Shown here one piece after another: positions 8,201-19,337 of a stretch of DNA of 64,000 nucleotides. The number at the start of each line of letters is the position of its first letter. The stretch's first letter is position 1. The position numbers and the translations under genes are program-made. Under the pieces are notes generated by a model. It did not search any database. It had not been told where the DNA came from and saw nothing but the letters and a program-made list of their open reading frames with translations. Origin of the DNA: Candidatus Marinacidobacterium sp. (GTDB lineage Bacteria > Acidobacteriota > Vicinamibacteria > Marinacidobacterales > Marinacidobacteraceae); NCBI GenBank assembly GCA_965202845.1, contig OZ241856.1:1452012-1516011 (forward strand), read 5' to 3'.

Positions 8201-10831
8201 CTATCGCATCGACGTCGGCGGCGGGGCCAGGTCCTCAACCGCCGCGCCGTTGAGCGCATTCAGGAACAGCTTGTAGGTGCCGCGCGGCTGCCCGCGGAAC
8301 TGGGGGCGGAAGCCGAACAGGATGACCTCGCCGGTTCCCCGGGGAACCCGGGCTATCGCGATCTTGCCGCCGATGGCGCTCTCCTCGCCGAGCGCCCAGC
8401 CGCTCATCAGCAGGTCGTCCTCCGCATAGCGCGCCACCACCTCCACATTGGGCGGCGGCTGCTCCACCGTGGTCTCGGCGCCGCCCTCGCGGGTACGGGG
8501 CAGCGTCACCAGCTCGAAGGCGCGGCTCCGCACGAACTGGGTGGCCGCCTCCTCCCGCATCCCGAAGGCGAGCGGGTGGCTTGTGTCCACCTCCGCGCGG
8601 ATCAGGGAGCCGGGGATGAAGAACCGGTCGGGCGGGAGATTCGCCGTCGCGTTGCGCAGCGGAAGGCCGAACTGGCTGATGACGAAGTCGGAGGCGTGGT
8701 CCAGCGCGATGAGGGTTCCGCCGTCCTCCACAAAACGGGCGAGCGCCAGCGTCCCCCGGAGGCCGATCCCGCCGGTGTACTCCTCGGGCATCGATCCCGG
8801 CGGATGCCCGTTCAGGATCGGACCGGGCGCCTGGTGCGGCAGGATGATCGCGTCCAGCCGGGACAGGTCGCCGTCGCGGATGTCGTCATCGTGAAGGCTC
8901 ACCAAGTCGTATTCATAGGTTTCCAGCAGCCAGCGGGTCCAGCCCTCGTCCATGCTCGCCACCCACGACTTGTAAAGCCCCACCCGCACCGGGGCAAGCG
9001 GGAGCAGCGGGATTTCCGGGGCTGATTCCAGTCCGATGACGTCCAGACCGAGTTCGGAGGCGATCCCCTCCACCGACGCCTCGGCGGCGTCCGAGCGGCG
9101 GACCACCAGGGTTCCCGCCTCGTGCTCCCGGTCCCCGTCCCGGAACGACTCCCGCGCCCAGGCCACTTCGGCGCCGGCGGCGAGCAGCCGGTTCTGCGCC
9201 AACACCGCGGCGTTCGGGCGATGCGAAATCGCGTATCCGAACCCGGGATCGCCCGAAACCGCTCCCGCCGGGGCGCGCGCCGGCCCCGACAGCGGCTCGA
9301 CCGGGACGTCGGGGACGCCGGGAACCCGCTCCACGTCCACGCCCATCTGCATCGGCAGGGTCCAGCCGGCAAGGTCGTAGGGCGGATCGGGCGGACCGTC
9401 GGGCGTGCGGCGCCGATCCGGGTAGGACTGGGCCTCCAGCAGGTCCTCGGCGTAGGCGCGAAACGCCTGGACGCCGGAAATCACATGGGAGCCGGCGCCG
9501 AATTCCCGGTCGCCTGCGACGAACGACTCGGTGGCGCGTCCGATTTCGATCCCGCCGTCCAGCAGGACGTTGAGAAGCGCCGCCGTCTCTCCCGGATCCC
9601 ACTGCTCCGCCGGAATCACCCAGCTGGCGTCGCTCTCCAGGATGGCGTCGCGCCCCATCCGCCAGATGTCGAACAGCCACTTTTCGCGGAGGTCGGCGGC
9701 GACGTCCAGCACTGCCATCGAGGCGGTGAGGGTGTAGCGGATCGGGTCGGAGAAATGCGACGGGCCGCCCGGCCACGGGTAGGGATGGAAGACGTCGGTG
9801 CCGTCGGTGGGCGCCGCCTGGCCGCGCCGGGGGTTGCCGACGAACTCCGGACGCTCCTCCGGGTCGTACATCCGGGGGGTCGCCGAGGCGTGCGAGGTTT
9901 CGGTCAAAAGCCCGATCATGTTGTGGAAGTAGGGCACGGTGCGCATCCCGCCGTTCCACCACATCGAATAGATCATGTCGGAGACCACGCCCGGCATCCG
10001 CTTCATGGCGAAGCGGTTCGCCATCGCCGAGCCGATCAGGTTGACCGAAGTGGTCACGCCCGGATGGATGCGCGGGTTCACCGGGTCGGCGAACGGCGGC
10101 AGGAAGATGCGCGCCCACGCCGGGCCGGTCTGGTGGTGGTTGTAGACGATCTGCGGAAACCACTCCCGGTACAACACCCGGCTCACCGCGGCGGTCTCCG
10201 GCATGTTGTTCATGAACCAGTCGCGGTTGTTGTCGTGCCCGACGTAGTGGTGGTAGAGCTCGGGCGGACGGGTGGTCTCCCACTGGGTCTCCCGGTTCCG
10301 GTGGTACCACGACGCCACGATGTCGAGGCCGTCCGGATTCATGCACGGCATGAGGATGAGCAGCACGTTCTCGCGGATCTTCCGCATCTCCGCCGATTCC
10401 TCGGTGGCGACCCGGTGCGCCAGTAGCGGCGCCATCTGCGCCGGGGCGACTTCGGTGGCGTGGAGGCCGGCGTCGATCCAGACAACCGCCTTGCCGTTCG
10501 CCGCCAGCCGCCGCGCCTCCTCCTCCCCGATCCGGGCGTTCGCCAGCCGGGAGGCGGTCTCCCGATGCTCGTCCAGCGCGGCCAGGTTCGACTCGGAGGA
10601 GAGGAAGAGGACGATCAGCGGCTTCCCCAGAACCGACCGGCCAATCTCACGCAGTTCCACCCGGGGGGATGCCTCCGCCAGCCGCCGGTAGTACTCGTGC
10701 AGATCGTCCCAGAGCGCCAGCTGGTAGTCGTCGCCCGGCTCGAAGCCGAGAACCTCCGCTGGCGTCGGAACGTCCTGGGCGACGGCGGGAGCGCCGAGCG
10801 CCAGCGCCAGAACGAATGCAACGAATTTCAT
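8201..10831 (-). CDS. Secreted M14-family zinc carboxypeptidase
   Basis: Signal peptide MKFVAF..AVAQ; GLHATE, NPDG and DNNRDW motifs; ATGA overlap with the ilvC stop. The ORF track start is over-extended. Confidence 0.85.
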   Translation of the reverse strand: MKFVAFVLALALGAPAVAQDVPTPAEVLGFEPGDDYQLALWDDLHEYYRRLAEASPRVELREIGRSVLGKPLIVLFLSSESNLAALDEHRETASRLANARIGEEEARRLAANGKAVVWIDAGLHATEVAPAQMAPLLAHRVATEESAEMRKIRENVLLILMPCMNPDGLDIVASWYHRNRETQWETTRPPELYHHYVGHDNNRDWFMNNMPETAAVSRVLYREWFPQIVYNHHQTGPAWARIFLPPFADPVNPRIHPGVTTSVNLIGSAMANRFAMKRMPGVVSDMIYSMWWNGGMRTVPYFHNMIGLLTETSHASATPRMYDPEERPEFVGNPRRGQAAPTDGTDVFHPYPWPGGPSHFSDPIRYTLTASMAVLDVAADLREKWLFDIWRMGRDAILESDASWVIPAEQWDPGETAALLNVLLDGGIEIGRATESFVAGDREFGAGSHVISGVQAFRAYAEDLLEAQSYPDRRRTPDGPPDPPYDLAGWTLPMQMGVDVERVPGVPDVPVEPLSGPARAPAGAVSGDPGFGYAISHRPNAAVLAQNRLLAAGAEVAWARESFRDGDREHEAGTLVVRRSDAAEASVEGIASELGLDVIGLESAPEIPLLPLAPVRVGLYKSWVASMDEGWTRWLLETYEYDLVSLHDDDIRDGDLSRLDAIILPHQAPGPILNGHPPGSMPEEYTGGIGLRGTLALARFVEDGGTLIALDHASDFVISQFGLPLRNATANLPPDRFFIPGSLIRAEVDTSHPLAFGMREEAATQFVRSRAFELVTLPRTREGGAETTVEQPPPNVEVVARYAEDDLLMSGWALGEESAIGGKIAIARVPRGTGEVILFGFRPQFRGQPRGTYKLFLNALNGAAVEDLAPPPTSMR

Positions 10832-11841
10832 GTCGACTCCTTGAGATCCACCGCATCGAGGAACGGCATCAGCTTGCGGAGGCGCGCGCCCACCTCCTCG
10901 ATCGGGTGCCCCTGCTCCTCCTTCCGGCGGGCGAGGAACCTGGGACGGCCGGCGGCGTCCTCGGCGATCCAGTCCCGGGCGTAGCTGCCGTCCTGGACCC
11001 GCTTCAGGATCGCCCGCATCGCCGCCCGGGTCTCGTCGGTGACGATCTGGCGCCCCCCGGTGTAGTCGCCGTGCTCGGCGGTGTCGCTCACCGAGTAGCG
11101 CATGTAGTTGAGGCCGCCCCGATAGAAGAGGTCCACGATCAGCTTGAGCTCGTGGAGGCACTCGAAGTAGGCGATCTCCGGCTGGTAGCCGGCTTCCACC
11201 AGGGTGTCGAACCCGGCCTTGACCAGCTCGCTGACCCCGCCGCAGAGAACGCTCTGCTCCCCGAAGAGATCGGTCTCGGTCTCCTCGGCGAAGGTGGTTT
11301 CGATGACCCCGGCCCGGGTGAGGCCGACGGCCTTTGCGTAGGAGAGCGCGAGCGCCATCGCCCCGCCGGAAGCGTCCTGCTCCACCGCCACCAGCGCCGG
11401 CGTCCCCGCCCCTTCGAGGAACAGCTCGCGCACCCGGTGCCCGGGCGCCTTGGGAGCGATCAGCGAAACGTCCACATCGGCGGGGGGCTTGATGGCGCCG
11501 AAGCGGATGTTGAACCCGTGGGCGAACAGCAGCGTCTTTCCGGCGCCCAGGTGGGGGGCGATCTGCTCCCGGTAGACGCCCGGCTGGGTTGTGTCCGGGG
11601 TCAGGACGACCACCACGTCCGCCCACGCGGCCGCCTCCGGGCCTTCGGCGACGACCAGCCCGGCCTGCTCCGCCCGCTTCCGGGAACGGCTCCCCGGATG
11701 CAGCGCGACCCGGACCGGAACGCCGCTGTCCTTCAGGTTCAGCGCATGGGCGTGCCCCTGCGAGCCGTACCCGAACACCGCGACCCGCCTGCCCCGGATG
11801 ATGCCGATGTCAGCCGCATCGTCATAGTGAATCGTCGCCAT
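10828..11841 (-). CDS. ilvC: Ketol-acid reductoisomerase
   Basis: [30 protein letters not shown]. Confidence 0.97.
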   Translation of the reverse strand: MATIHYDDAADIGIIRGRRVAVFGYGSQGHAHALNLKDSGVPVRVALHPGSRSRKRAEQAGLVVAEGPEAAAWADVVVVLTPDTTQPGVYREQIAPHLGAGKTLLFAHGFNIRFGAIKPPADVDVSLIAPKAPGHRVRELFLEGAGTPALVAVEQDASGGAMALALSYAKAVGLTRAGVIETTFAEETETDLFGEQSVLCGGVSELVKAGFDTLVEAGYQPEIAYFECLHELKLIVDLFYRGGLNYMRYSVSDTAEHGDYTGGRQIVTDETRAAMRAILKRVQDGSYARDWIAEDAAGRPRFLARRKEEQGHPIEEVGARLRKLMPFLDAVDLKEST

Positions 11842-11889
11842 ACGTCGCCTCCCCGAAAGGGAAAATGGGACGGCGATCCTACCAGTCGT

Positions 11890-12447
11890 TCACGAATCGG
11901 CTTCGTCCTCAACCGGCGCCGGCGCCAGCCGGGCCCGGGGATCGGTCATCGCGCTCGCCTTGCCGCGGGTCATGCCGACCAGCCCGGTGCGGACGATCTC
12001 GAGGACGCCGTAGCTCCGCAGCACCTCGAAAAGGCCGTCGATCTTCTCCGGCGAGGCGGCGGCCTCGATGACCAGCGACTCCGGCGCCACGTCCACCAGG
12101 CGCGCCCCGGTGGCGCTCGCCAACTGGATCAGGCCGCTGCGGTTCTCTTCGGTGGCCGCCACCTTGAACATCGCCAGCTCCTTGCGGATCATCGGACCGT
12201 CGTGGAGCGCCTCCACCCGCAGCACGTTCACCAGCTTGTAGAGCTGGGCCGCCAGCCGCACCGCGCCGCCGCGGTCGGTGCGCACCACGATCGTCATCCG
12301 CGAGATGCCGGCGGTGCGGGCCGGACCGACGGTCAGCGACTCGATGTTGAACCCCCGGCGGCGGAAGAGCGAGGTGACCCGGTTCAGCACCCCGGGACGG
12401 TCCTCGACCCACAGCGCGAAGACCCGGGGCGCCACCGGGTCGCTCAC
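11890..12447 (-). CDS. ilvN: Acetolactate synthase small subunit
   Basis: EDRPGVLNRVTSLFRRRGFNIESL; GTG start overlapping the ilvB stop. Confidence 0.93.
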   Translation of the reverse strand: MSDPVAPRVFALWVEDRPGVLNRVTSLFRRRGFNIESLTVGPARTAGISRMTIVVRTDRGGAVRLAAQLYKLVNVLRVEALHDGPMIRKELAMFKVAATEENRSGLIQLASATGARLVDVAPESLVIEAAASPEKIDGLFEVLRSYGVLEIVRTGLVGMTRGKASAMTDPRARLAPAPVEDEADS

Positions 12448-14165
12448 CACTCCCGCTCCCCGTGGATCGCGGCCTCCGGACGGCGGATCATCTCGCCCAG
12501 GTCCTTTCCGGTGGGAACCATCGGGTACACGGTGTCCTCCGGCTCGACCTGGAAGTCCAGCACCACCGTCCGGTCCTCGGCGCGCGCCCGCGCAAGCGCC
12601 GGCCCGGTCGCCTTCCGGGAGGTCACGGTCTCGGCCGCCAGCCCGAAGCTCTCCGCCAGCCTGGCGAAATCCGGACTCAGCAGCGGCGTGCCGGAATAGC
12701 GTCCCCGGTAGAAGAACTCCTGCCACTGCCGAACCATCCCCAGGTACCCGTTGTTGATGATGGCGATGTGGAGCTTCAGCCGCTCCTGGGCGACGGTGGC
12801 GAGCTCGCACATGGTCATCTGGAAGCCGCCGTCGCCCACCACCACCCAGACATCGTCATCCGGACGGGCCGTCTTGGCCCCGATCGCCGCCGGCAACGCG
12901 AACCCCATCGTTCCCAGTCCGCCGGAGGTGATCAGGCTGCGCCGGTGGTCGTGGCGGTAGTACTGCGCCTCCCACATCTGGTGCTGCCCGACGTCGGTGA
13001 CCACGATCGCCCGGCCCTCGGTCGCCTTCCAGATGTCGTGGATCACGTGCGCGGCGTGGAAGTGCCCGGTGTCGGGGAGGTTCTGGATGTCCCGGACGGC
13101 GCTGTCGCCCCGCATGGCGCGGATCCGTTCGTTCCAGGGGGCGCGCCCGCCCGCCGCCACCGACGGGAGCAGCCGGTCCAGCACCGCGGCCAAGTCCCCT
13201 TCGAGCGCCACGTCCACCTTCACGTTCTTGTTGAACTCGGAACGATCGATGTCGATGTGGATTTTCCGGGCGCTGGTCGCGTAGCTCGCCGGGTCGCCGG
13301 TCACCCGGTCGTCGAACCGCATGCCGAGCGCGATGAGCAGGTCCGCCTCCTGGATCGCCTGGTTCACCCACGCCTCTCCGTGCATGCCCATCATGCCCAG
13401 GTTGAGCGGGTGCGAGGCCGGAACCGCGCCGATGCCGAGCAGCGTCATCGCTATCGGGATGTGCGCCCGCTCCGCCAGCTCCAGCACCTGCCGCTGCGCG
13501 CCGGAAAGCTCGATCCCGCGCCCGGCGAGCAGCACCGGACGCTCGGAGGCGGCGATCCGCTTCGCGGCCTCCCGGTAGGCGGCGTCCGAGGGGCTGGGCT
13601 CCGGGCTGTATCCGGGAAGCTCGATGGTTCCCGGATCCCAGCGCCCGCTGGTGGAGGCCTCCTGCGCGTCCTTGGTGATGTCCACCAGCACCGGCCCCGG
13701 ACGCCCGGAGCGCGCCACGTAGAACGCCTCGTGGAGCGTCGGAGCGATGTCGTTCACGTCGGTGACCAGGTAGTTGTGCTTGGTGATCGGGAGCGTGACC
13801 CCGGTCACGTCCACCTCCTGGAACGCATCGGTGCCGATCACCCGGCTCCCGACCTGGCCGGTGATGCAGACCACCGGGGACGAATCCAGCATCGCGGTGG
13901 CGATCCCGGTGACCATGTTGGTGGCGCCCGGCCCGGAAGTGGCCACCGCGACCCCGACCCCGCCGCCGGCGCGGGCGAAGCCGTCGGCCATGTGCACCGC
14001 GCCCTGCTCGTGGCGCACCAGCACGTGCCGGATCGGGTATTCCAAAAGCGCGTCGTAGGCGGGGAGGATCGCGCCCCCCGGATAGCCGAAGACGGTCTCC
14101 ACCCCCTCGGCCAGCAGGGTCTCCCAGAGGATCCGGGCGCCGGTGCGGGAAGACGCGCCGCTCAT
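12444..14165 (-). CDS. ilvB: Acetolactate synthase large subunit
   Basis: FGYPGGAIL, RHEQGA, TSGPGATN, GDGGFQM...NN. Confidence 0.96.
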   Translation of the reverse strand: MSGASSRTGARILWETLLAEGVETVFGYPGGAILPAYDALLEYPIRHVLVRHEQGAVHMADGFARAGGGVGVAVATSGPGATNMVTGIATAMLDSSPVVCITGQVGSRVIGTDAFQEVDVTGVTLPITKHNYLVTDVNDIAPTLHEAFYVARSGRPGPVLVDITKDAQEASTSGRWDPGTIELPGYSPEPSPSDAAYREAAKRIAASERPVLLAGRGIELSGAQRQVLELAERAHIPIAMTLLGIGAVPASHPLNLGMMGMHGEAWVNQAIQEADLLIALGMRFDDRVTGDPASYATSARKIHIDIDRSEFNKNVKVDVALEGDLAAVLDRLLPSVAAGGRAPWNERIRAMRGDSAVRDIQNLPDTGHFHAAHVIHDIWKATEGRAIVVTDVGQHQMWEAQYYRHDHRRSLITSGGLGTMGFALPAAIGAKTARPDDDVWVVVGDGGFQMTMCELATVAQERLKLHIAIINNGYLGMVRQWQEFFYRGRYSGTPLLSPDFARLAESFGLAAETVTSRKATGPALARARAEDRTVVLDFQVEPEDTVYPMVPTGKDLGEMIRRPEAAIHGEREW

Positions 14166-14596
14166 CGCCCGGCGTCTCCGTCGAGGGCGTCCCGGATGGA
14201 GGCCGCCAGCCGCTCCCCCTCCCCCTTCCCCAGCGAACCGGGGCGCCAGCGCAGCGCGAGCCCTTCCCGGGGACCATGATGCGGGATCACGTGGAAGTGC
14301 ACGTGCGGCACCGACTGGCCGGCGGGAGCGCCGTTGTTCTGCAAGATGTTGCAGTGGGGGGTTCCGCTAGCGGCCGCCACCGCCCGGCAGATGCGGGGGA
14401 GCGCCCGTCCGAGGGCCGCCGCCGATTCGTCGGAGAGTTCGCCGAGCGTCGCCCGGCTCTCGCGGGGCACGACCAGCACGTGGCCGGGACTCTGCGGGGC
14501 GATGTCGAGGAACGCGAAGACCAGGTCGTCCTCATAGACGCGATGGCTCGGAATCTCCCCGGCCCCGATGCGGTCGAAGAGGGTGGGAGCGTTCAC
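14162..14596 (-). CDS. HIT-family hydrolase
   Basis: GQSVPHVHFHVIP histidine triad. Confidence 0.92.
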   Translation of the reverse strand: MNAPTLFDRIGAGEIPSHRVYEDDLVFAFLDIAPQSPGHVLVVPRESRATLGELSDESAAALGRALPRICRAVAAASGTPHCNILQNNGAPAGQSVPHVHFHVIPHHGPREGLALRWRPGSLGKGEGERLAASIRDALDGDAGR

Positions 14597-14631
14597 GTGG
14601 CGGGGCCTACTTTACACTTCGCGCCCACACG

Positions 14632-15639
14632 ATGAAGCACTGGATCTTCCCCCGGTTCGGAGCGGAGCATCTGCGTTTCGAGGACGCGGAACGCCCGGTC
14701 TGCGGCCCCCGGGACGTGCTGGTGGAGTTGCGAGCGGCGTCGCTGAATTACCGCGACATCCTGGTGCTGGACGGGCGCTACAACCCGCGGATGCCGCTCC
14801 CGCAGGTGCCGGTCAGCGACGGCGCCGGGGTGGTCGCCGCAATCGGCGATGAGGTCCGGGAGTTCCAGCCGGGCGACCGGGTGCTCACCCACCCGGTGGT
14901 CGGCTGGGAGGACGGGCGCTTCCGGCGGGAGTACGCGCGCGCCACCCTGGGCGGACCGGGGCCGGGCATGGGGCAGGAAGCCGTCGTTCTGCCGGAAGCG
15001 GCGCTCTGCCGGACGCCCGCCGGCTGGACCCACGAGGAGGCGTCCACCCTGCCGATCGCGGGTCTCACCGCGTGGAGCGCGCTGGTGACCGAGGGGCCGG
15101 TGGCGCCCGGCCAGACGGCGCTCACCCTGGGAACCGGCGGCGTGTCGATCTTCGCGCTCCAGATCGCCAAGGCGATGGGGGCGCGGGTGCTCATCACCTC
15201 CGGCTCCGCCGCCAAACTGGAGCGCGCTCTGGCGCTCGGCGCCGACCACGGCGTCCACCGGCTGGAAACCCCCGGCTGGGACGCCAAGGTCCGCGAACTC
15301 ACCGACGGGGAGGGCGCCGACTTCGTGGTCGAAAACGGAGGCGCCGGAACCCTGGAGCAGTCGCTCCGGGCCGCCGCTTCCGGCGGGACCGTCGCCCTGC
15401 TGGGCGCGCTCACCGGCCTCTCGGCGCCGGTCGATCTCGCTCCCGCCATCATGCGCCGCATCCGGATCGCCGGGATCATGACCGACTGCCGCCGCGCGCT
15501 TCGGGACCTGGTCGCCTTCGTGGAGGAGCGGGACATCCGTCCCGTGGTGGATCGGGTGTTTCCGCTCGCCGAGCTCCCGGAGGCGCTCGCCTTCATGCGC
15601 CGGGGCGCCCACTTCGGCAAAATCGTGCTGAAGGTCTGA
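14632..15639 (+). CDS. MDR-family NAD(P)-dependent oxidoreductase (alcohol dehydrogenase/quinone reductase-like)
   Basis: SLNYRD, SDGAG, GTGGVSIF, HFGKIV. Confidence 0.88.
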   Translation: MKHWIFPRFGAEHLRFEDAERPVCGPRDVLVELRAASLNYRDILVLDGRYNPRMPLPQVPVSDGAGVVAAIGDEVREFQPGDRVLTHPVVGWEDGRFRREYARATLGGPGPGMGQEAVVLPEAALCRTPAGWTHEEASTLPIAGLTAWSALVTEGPVAPGQTALTLGTGGVSIFALQIAKAMGARVLITSGSAAKLERALALGADHGVHRLETPGWDAKVRELTDGEGADFVVENGGAGTLEQSLRAAASGGTVALLGALTGLSAPVDLAPAIMRRIRIAGIMTDCRRALRDLVAFVEERDIRPVVDRVFPLAELPEALAFMRRGAHFGKIVLKV

Positions 15640-15648
15640 GGGGCGGGC

Positions 15649-16617
15649 GTGGGCGAGACCTTCCTGGTCACCGGGGCCGCCGGCTTCATCGGCAGCCGCT
15701 TCGTCGAGCGGGCGCTCGCGCGGCGACCCGACTGCCGGGCGCTCTCGGTGGACAAGCTCACCTACGCCGGATCGCTCGAGAACCTCGAATCCGTCCTCGA
15801 CAGCCCCCGGCATCGCTTCGTCCATGCCGACATCTGCGACCGGGAGGCGATGGCGCCGCTGGTCGCCGAGGCCGACGTCGTGATCAACTTCGCCGCCGAG
15901 ACCCACGTGGACCGCGCCATCGGGGACGGGGTCGCCTTCGCGCGCACCGACAGCCTGGGAACCGCCGTCCTGCTGGAGTGCTTCCGGCGGGCCGGGAGGG
16001 GGCGCCTCTTCCTCCAGGTGTCCACCGACGAGGTCTACGGGCCGATTCCGGAGGGGGCGGTCGCCGAGGACGCGCCGCTCGCCCCCGGGAACCCCTATGC
16101 GGCGAGCAAGGCGGGGGCCGACCTGCTGGCGCTCGCGTGGGCTTCGACCCACGGCGTCCCGGTTCTCGTCAGCCGCGGCGCGAACACCTACGGCCCTCGG
16201 CAACACCCGGAGAAGATGATCCCGGCGTTCATCCGGGCCGCGCTCGAGGACCGTCCGCTGCCGGTCTACGGGGACGGGCTGCAAGTGCGGAACTGGCTGC
16301 ACGTGGATGACCACTGCGCGGCGCTGGAGCTGCTGGCGGACCGGGGGGCGCCGGGCCGGATCTACAACATCGGCAGTTCGGAGGAATCCACCAATCTGGC
16401 GATGGCGCGCCGCATCCTCGACCTGGTGGAGTGCCACGCCAGGGTCCGCGGCCGGATCGCGCACGTCGCCGACCGGCCGGGGCACGACCGCCGCTACGGG
16501 ATCGACAGCAGCCTTTTGAAAACCCTCGGCTGGAAGCCCCGCGTCCGGCTCGATCAGGGGCTGGACGCCACCGTCCGGTGGGGCGTCGAGCGGGTTCCCG
16601 CGCCGGCGCCGGTCTGA
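15649..16617 (+). CDS. rfbB: dTDP-glucose 4,6-dehydratase
   Basis: GAAGFIG, DKLTYAG, AAETHVDR, STDEVYG, YAASK, RPGHDRRY. Confidence 0.92.
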   Translation: MGETFLVTGAAGFIGSRFVERALARRPDCRALSVDKLTYAGSLENLESVLDSPRHRFVHADICDREAMAPLVAEADVVINFAAETHVDRAIGDGVAFARTDSLGTAVLLECFRRAGRGRLFLQVSTDEVYGPIPEGAVAEDAPLAPGNPYAASKAGADLLALAWASTHGVPVLVSRGANTYGPRQHPEKMIPAFIRAALEDRPLPVYGDGLQVRNWLHVDDHCAALELLADRGAPGRIYNIGSSEESTNLAMARRILDLVECHARVRGRIAHVADRPGHDRRYGIDSSLLKTLGWKPRVRLDQGLDATVRWGVERVPAPAPV

Positions 16618-17333
16618 CCGCTTTCCGGGGTGTGGGGCTCCAGCCCCAGGCGGTTCCGGATGAACCAGACCGCCAGGTAGATGAGCGGGGTGTCGGCGAC
16701 CGCCACCATCCACTTGAAGACGACTCCGTTGGCGATCAGCGCGGGCAGCCGCTCCCAGGTCAGCTCCGGGGCGCCGAAGAGAGCGAGCAGGACGCTGACC
16801 AGGGCGGTGTCCACCAGTTGGGACACGAAGGTGGAGGCGTTGTTGCGGAGCCAGAGGTGGCGGCCCCGGGTGACCCGCTTCCAGAAGTGGAACATGCGGA
16901 TGTCGAGATACTGGGCGCCCAGGTAGGCGCCCATCGAGGCGATCAGCGCGACCGCCTGGAGTCCGAACACCTCGGTGAACATGGCGTCGTCCACCCGGCT
17001 CCAGGAGGCCGCCGGAACCGCGTCCGCAACCGCCACCAGCGCGCCGACGAACACGCTGGCCGCGAGGCCGGCGGTCACCAGCTGGCTCACCCGCCGCCGC
17101 CCGAAGAACTCGGACAGCACGTCGGTGCAGATAAAGGTCACCGGGTACGCCAGAATCCCCACCGAAAGCTCCATCCGGGGCGCGAGCCCCAAGTGTTCCA
17201 GGGCGGGGATTTCCCAGACGAAGAACTTCCGGAAGATGAGATTGCAGGCGACCAGCGCCGCGAGGAAGATCGCCCCCAGGTACAGGAACACCCGATCCGG
17301 ATGCGCGGAAGGACCCGTTTTATCGCGAAGCAA
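16554..17333 (-). CDS. Queuosine precursor transporter (YhhQ/VUT family)
   Basis: YPVTF..TD..SE.FG and LWLRNNAST.VSQLVDT motifs; multiple hydrophobic segments. Confidence 0.88.
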   Translation of the reverse strand: MLRDKTGPSAHPDRVFLYLGAIFLAALVACNLIFRKFFVWEIPALEHLGLAPRMELSVGILAYPVTFICTDVLSEFFGRRRVSQLVTAGLAASVFVGALVAVADAVPAASWSRVDDAMFTEVFGLQAVALIASMGAYLGAQYLDIRMFHFWKRVTRGRHLWLRNNASTFVSQLVDTALVSVLLALFGAPELTWERLPALIANGVVFKWMVAVADTPLIYLAVWFIRNRLGLEPHTPESGQTGAGAGTRSTPHRTVASSP

Positions 17334-18414
17334 GACCCGACTCGATCACGACGTCCTCGATCAGACTCTTCCGCAGATTCACCGCGCTGTTGGTGGACGG
17401 GAAACACGTCTTCCGCCAGTCATGCCCCATGAGCAGTCGCTTGATTTCCGGCTTCCGCTTGTGAATCACGACGCCGTAGCCGCGCCGGTTCGGCAGGTCC
17501 TCGAATCGCTCGTAGGCTTTCATCCCGCTGTAGGTGGTGGACGGCAGATAGACGTCGCAATGGCCGATCCACGCCTTGTTGCGGGTGCTCGCCGGAGTCC
17601 CGCCGTTGGAAAGCGACTTGACGGAGACGAACCCGCTGCAATCGGGGCGCGCCGACGCGGCGATCCGCTCCACTCCCACCCGGGTCCACACCTGGAAGAT
17701 CGTGTTGATTCGGATGAGGCTCCCATCGGGACGGGAGAAATGCTCCCCGCTCAGGTCGGCCTCGGCGGCGAGCGCGTATCCCCGCACCCGCTTGCCGGGA
17801 GCGCCCTTGCCGTCGCTTCCGAAATTCTGCGGGAGGATGAAGGCGACGGCGTCCGCAAAGGCGGCGGAATGGTTGATGAACTGGAGCGCCAGGTGCCCGC
17901 GCAGACCGAACGGCGGGTTGCCGACCACGACGAAGGGCCCCGGCCCTTCCGGCTTCCAGCGGAGGTAGTCGGAGCGGATGCAGTCCGGGTGGGCGGATGC
18001 GATGTCGATCCCGAGGCGGCGCCCGGCGGGAAGAACCTGGTAGAAACAACCCTCCCCCATCGAGGGTTCGATGAAGGTGTGTCCGGCGAGGTCCACGCCC
18101 AGCGCATCCATCGTTTCCCGGAATCGCGCAAGGCAGCGGGCGGCGGTCTCCGGCATGGTGAAGTACCGATCCGCCGCGTCGTCCTGCCGCTCCGGCTCCT
18201 CCAGCAGGCGGCGGAGGTCCGCAAGGTAGTGCGCCGGGACGCGCCGGACATCGACCCAGCGACGCACCGTGTTCGCATGCAGCCCGATCTGGGCGGCGAC
18301 TCCGGGAACGCCCCATGCGTGGATGGCGCGGAGGAAAGTCTCGCCGGGTTCGCCGGGCGGCCAACCCCGAAGCAGGACAGCCTCGTCTCCGAACGGAAGC
18401 GCGCGTTGTCTCAT
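17320..18414 (-). CDS. Orphan SAM-dependent amino-methyltransferase (NPPF type) with N-terminal HTH-like segment
   Basis: DRYFT, FIEPSMGEGCF (motif I), VVVGNPPFG (motif IV), AFILP; ATG at 18414 after GGAG. Confidence 0.75.
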   Translation of the reverse strand: MRQRALPFGDEAVLLRGWPPGEPGETFLRAIHAWGVPGVAAQIGLHANTVRRWVDVRRVPAHYLADLRRLLEEPERQDDAADRYFTMPETAARCLARFRETMDALGVDLAGHTFIEPSMGEGCFYQVLPAGRRLGIDIASAHPDCIRSDYLRWKPEGPGPFVVVGNPPFGLRGHLALQFINHSAAFADAVAFILPQNFGSDGKGAPGKRVRGYALAAEADLSGEHFSRPDGSLIRINTIFQVWTRVGVERIAASARPDCSGFVSVKSLSNGGTPASTRNKAWIGHCDVYLPSTTYSGMKAYERFEDLPNRRGYGVVIHKRKPEIKRLLMGHDWRKTCFPSTNSAVNLRKSLIEDVVIESGLASR

Positions 18415-18451
18415 CTCTCCCCGGCGCCCCGCCTCGCCGGAGGGCATGGTA

Positions 18452-19321
18452 TCACGGAGCGGCGGGCGCGACCTCCCGCAGCCGGCCGTAGGTGTCCGCC
18501 CGCCGGTCGCGCAGGAACTGGAGCAGCCGCCGGGCGTCGGCGATCCGGTTCCGGTCCAGGGCGGCGATGACCAGCCCGGGGCGGTCGTCCCCCTGGGCCA
18601 GCACCTCTCCCAGCGGGTCGACGACGAAGCTGCCCCCGTAGAACGTCCCCTCCCCCTCGCGCCCGACCCGGTTGGCGGCGCCGACGAAAACCCCGTTGGC
18701 GATCGCGTGGGAGCGCATGACCGTCCGCCACGCATCCTCCGAGGAATAGCCGGGGCGGTCGGGTTCGGAGCCGATGGCGGTCGGAAAGAGAAGGATTTCG
18801 GCGCCGCCCAGCGCGAAGGCGCGCGCCGCTTCCGGGAACCACTGATCCCAGCAGACGCCCACCCCGATCCGTCCGTGCGCGGTGTCCCAGACCGGATACC
18901 CCAGGTCGCCGGGGGTGAAGTAGTACTTCTCGTGGTAGCCGGGGCCGTCCGGGATGTGGTTCTTCCGGTAGCGGCCCAGGAGCGTCCCGTCCGCATCGAA
19001 GACCAGTGCGGTGTTGAACGCCACTCCGGGCGCCGCCTCCTCGAACACCGGAACCACCAGAACCAGCCCCAGCTCCCCGGCGAGGCGTCCGAGCTCCCGG
19101 GCGCGAGGCGAAGGCTGGGGTTCGGCGAGATCGCAAAGGCGCACATCCACTCGCGCCGGGAAGTAGGGAAGGTCGTAGAGCTCGGGCAGGCAGACGATGC
19201 GGGCGCCGGCGTCGGCGGCCTCCCGGACCGCCTCCAGCGCGGCGCGGTGGGCGGCGTCCCGGTCGTCCGCTTCAACCGCCCGCTGCGCCAGCGCGAGACG
19301 GACCGGGCCCAAGGCGACCAT
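18452..19321 (-). CDS. aguB: Carbon-nitrogen hydrolase, N-carbamoylputrescine amidase-like
   Basis: LPEL, YRKNHIPDGPGYHEKYYF, CWDQWFPE, PTAIGSEP; adjacent to agmatine deiminase. Confidence 0.85.
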   Translation of the reverse strand: MVALGPVRLALAQRAVEADDRDAAHRAALEAVREAADAGARIVCLPELYDLPYFPARVDVRLCDLAEPQPSPRARELGRLAGELGLVLVVPVFEEAAPGVAFNTALVFDADGTLLGRYRKNHIPDGPGYHEKYYFTPGDLGYPVWDTAHGRIGVGVCWDQWFPEAARAFALGGAEILLFPTAIGSEPDRPGYSSEDAWRTVMRSHAIANGVFVGAANRVGREGEGTFYGGSFVVDPLGEVLAQGDDRPGLVIAALDRNRIADARRLLQFLRDRRADTYGRLREVAPAAP

Positions 19322-19337
19322 CCCCCGAGTATAGGGT

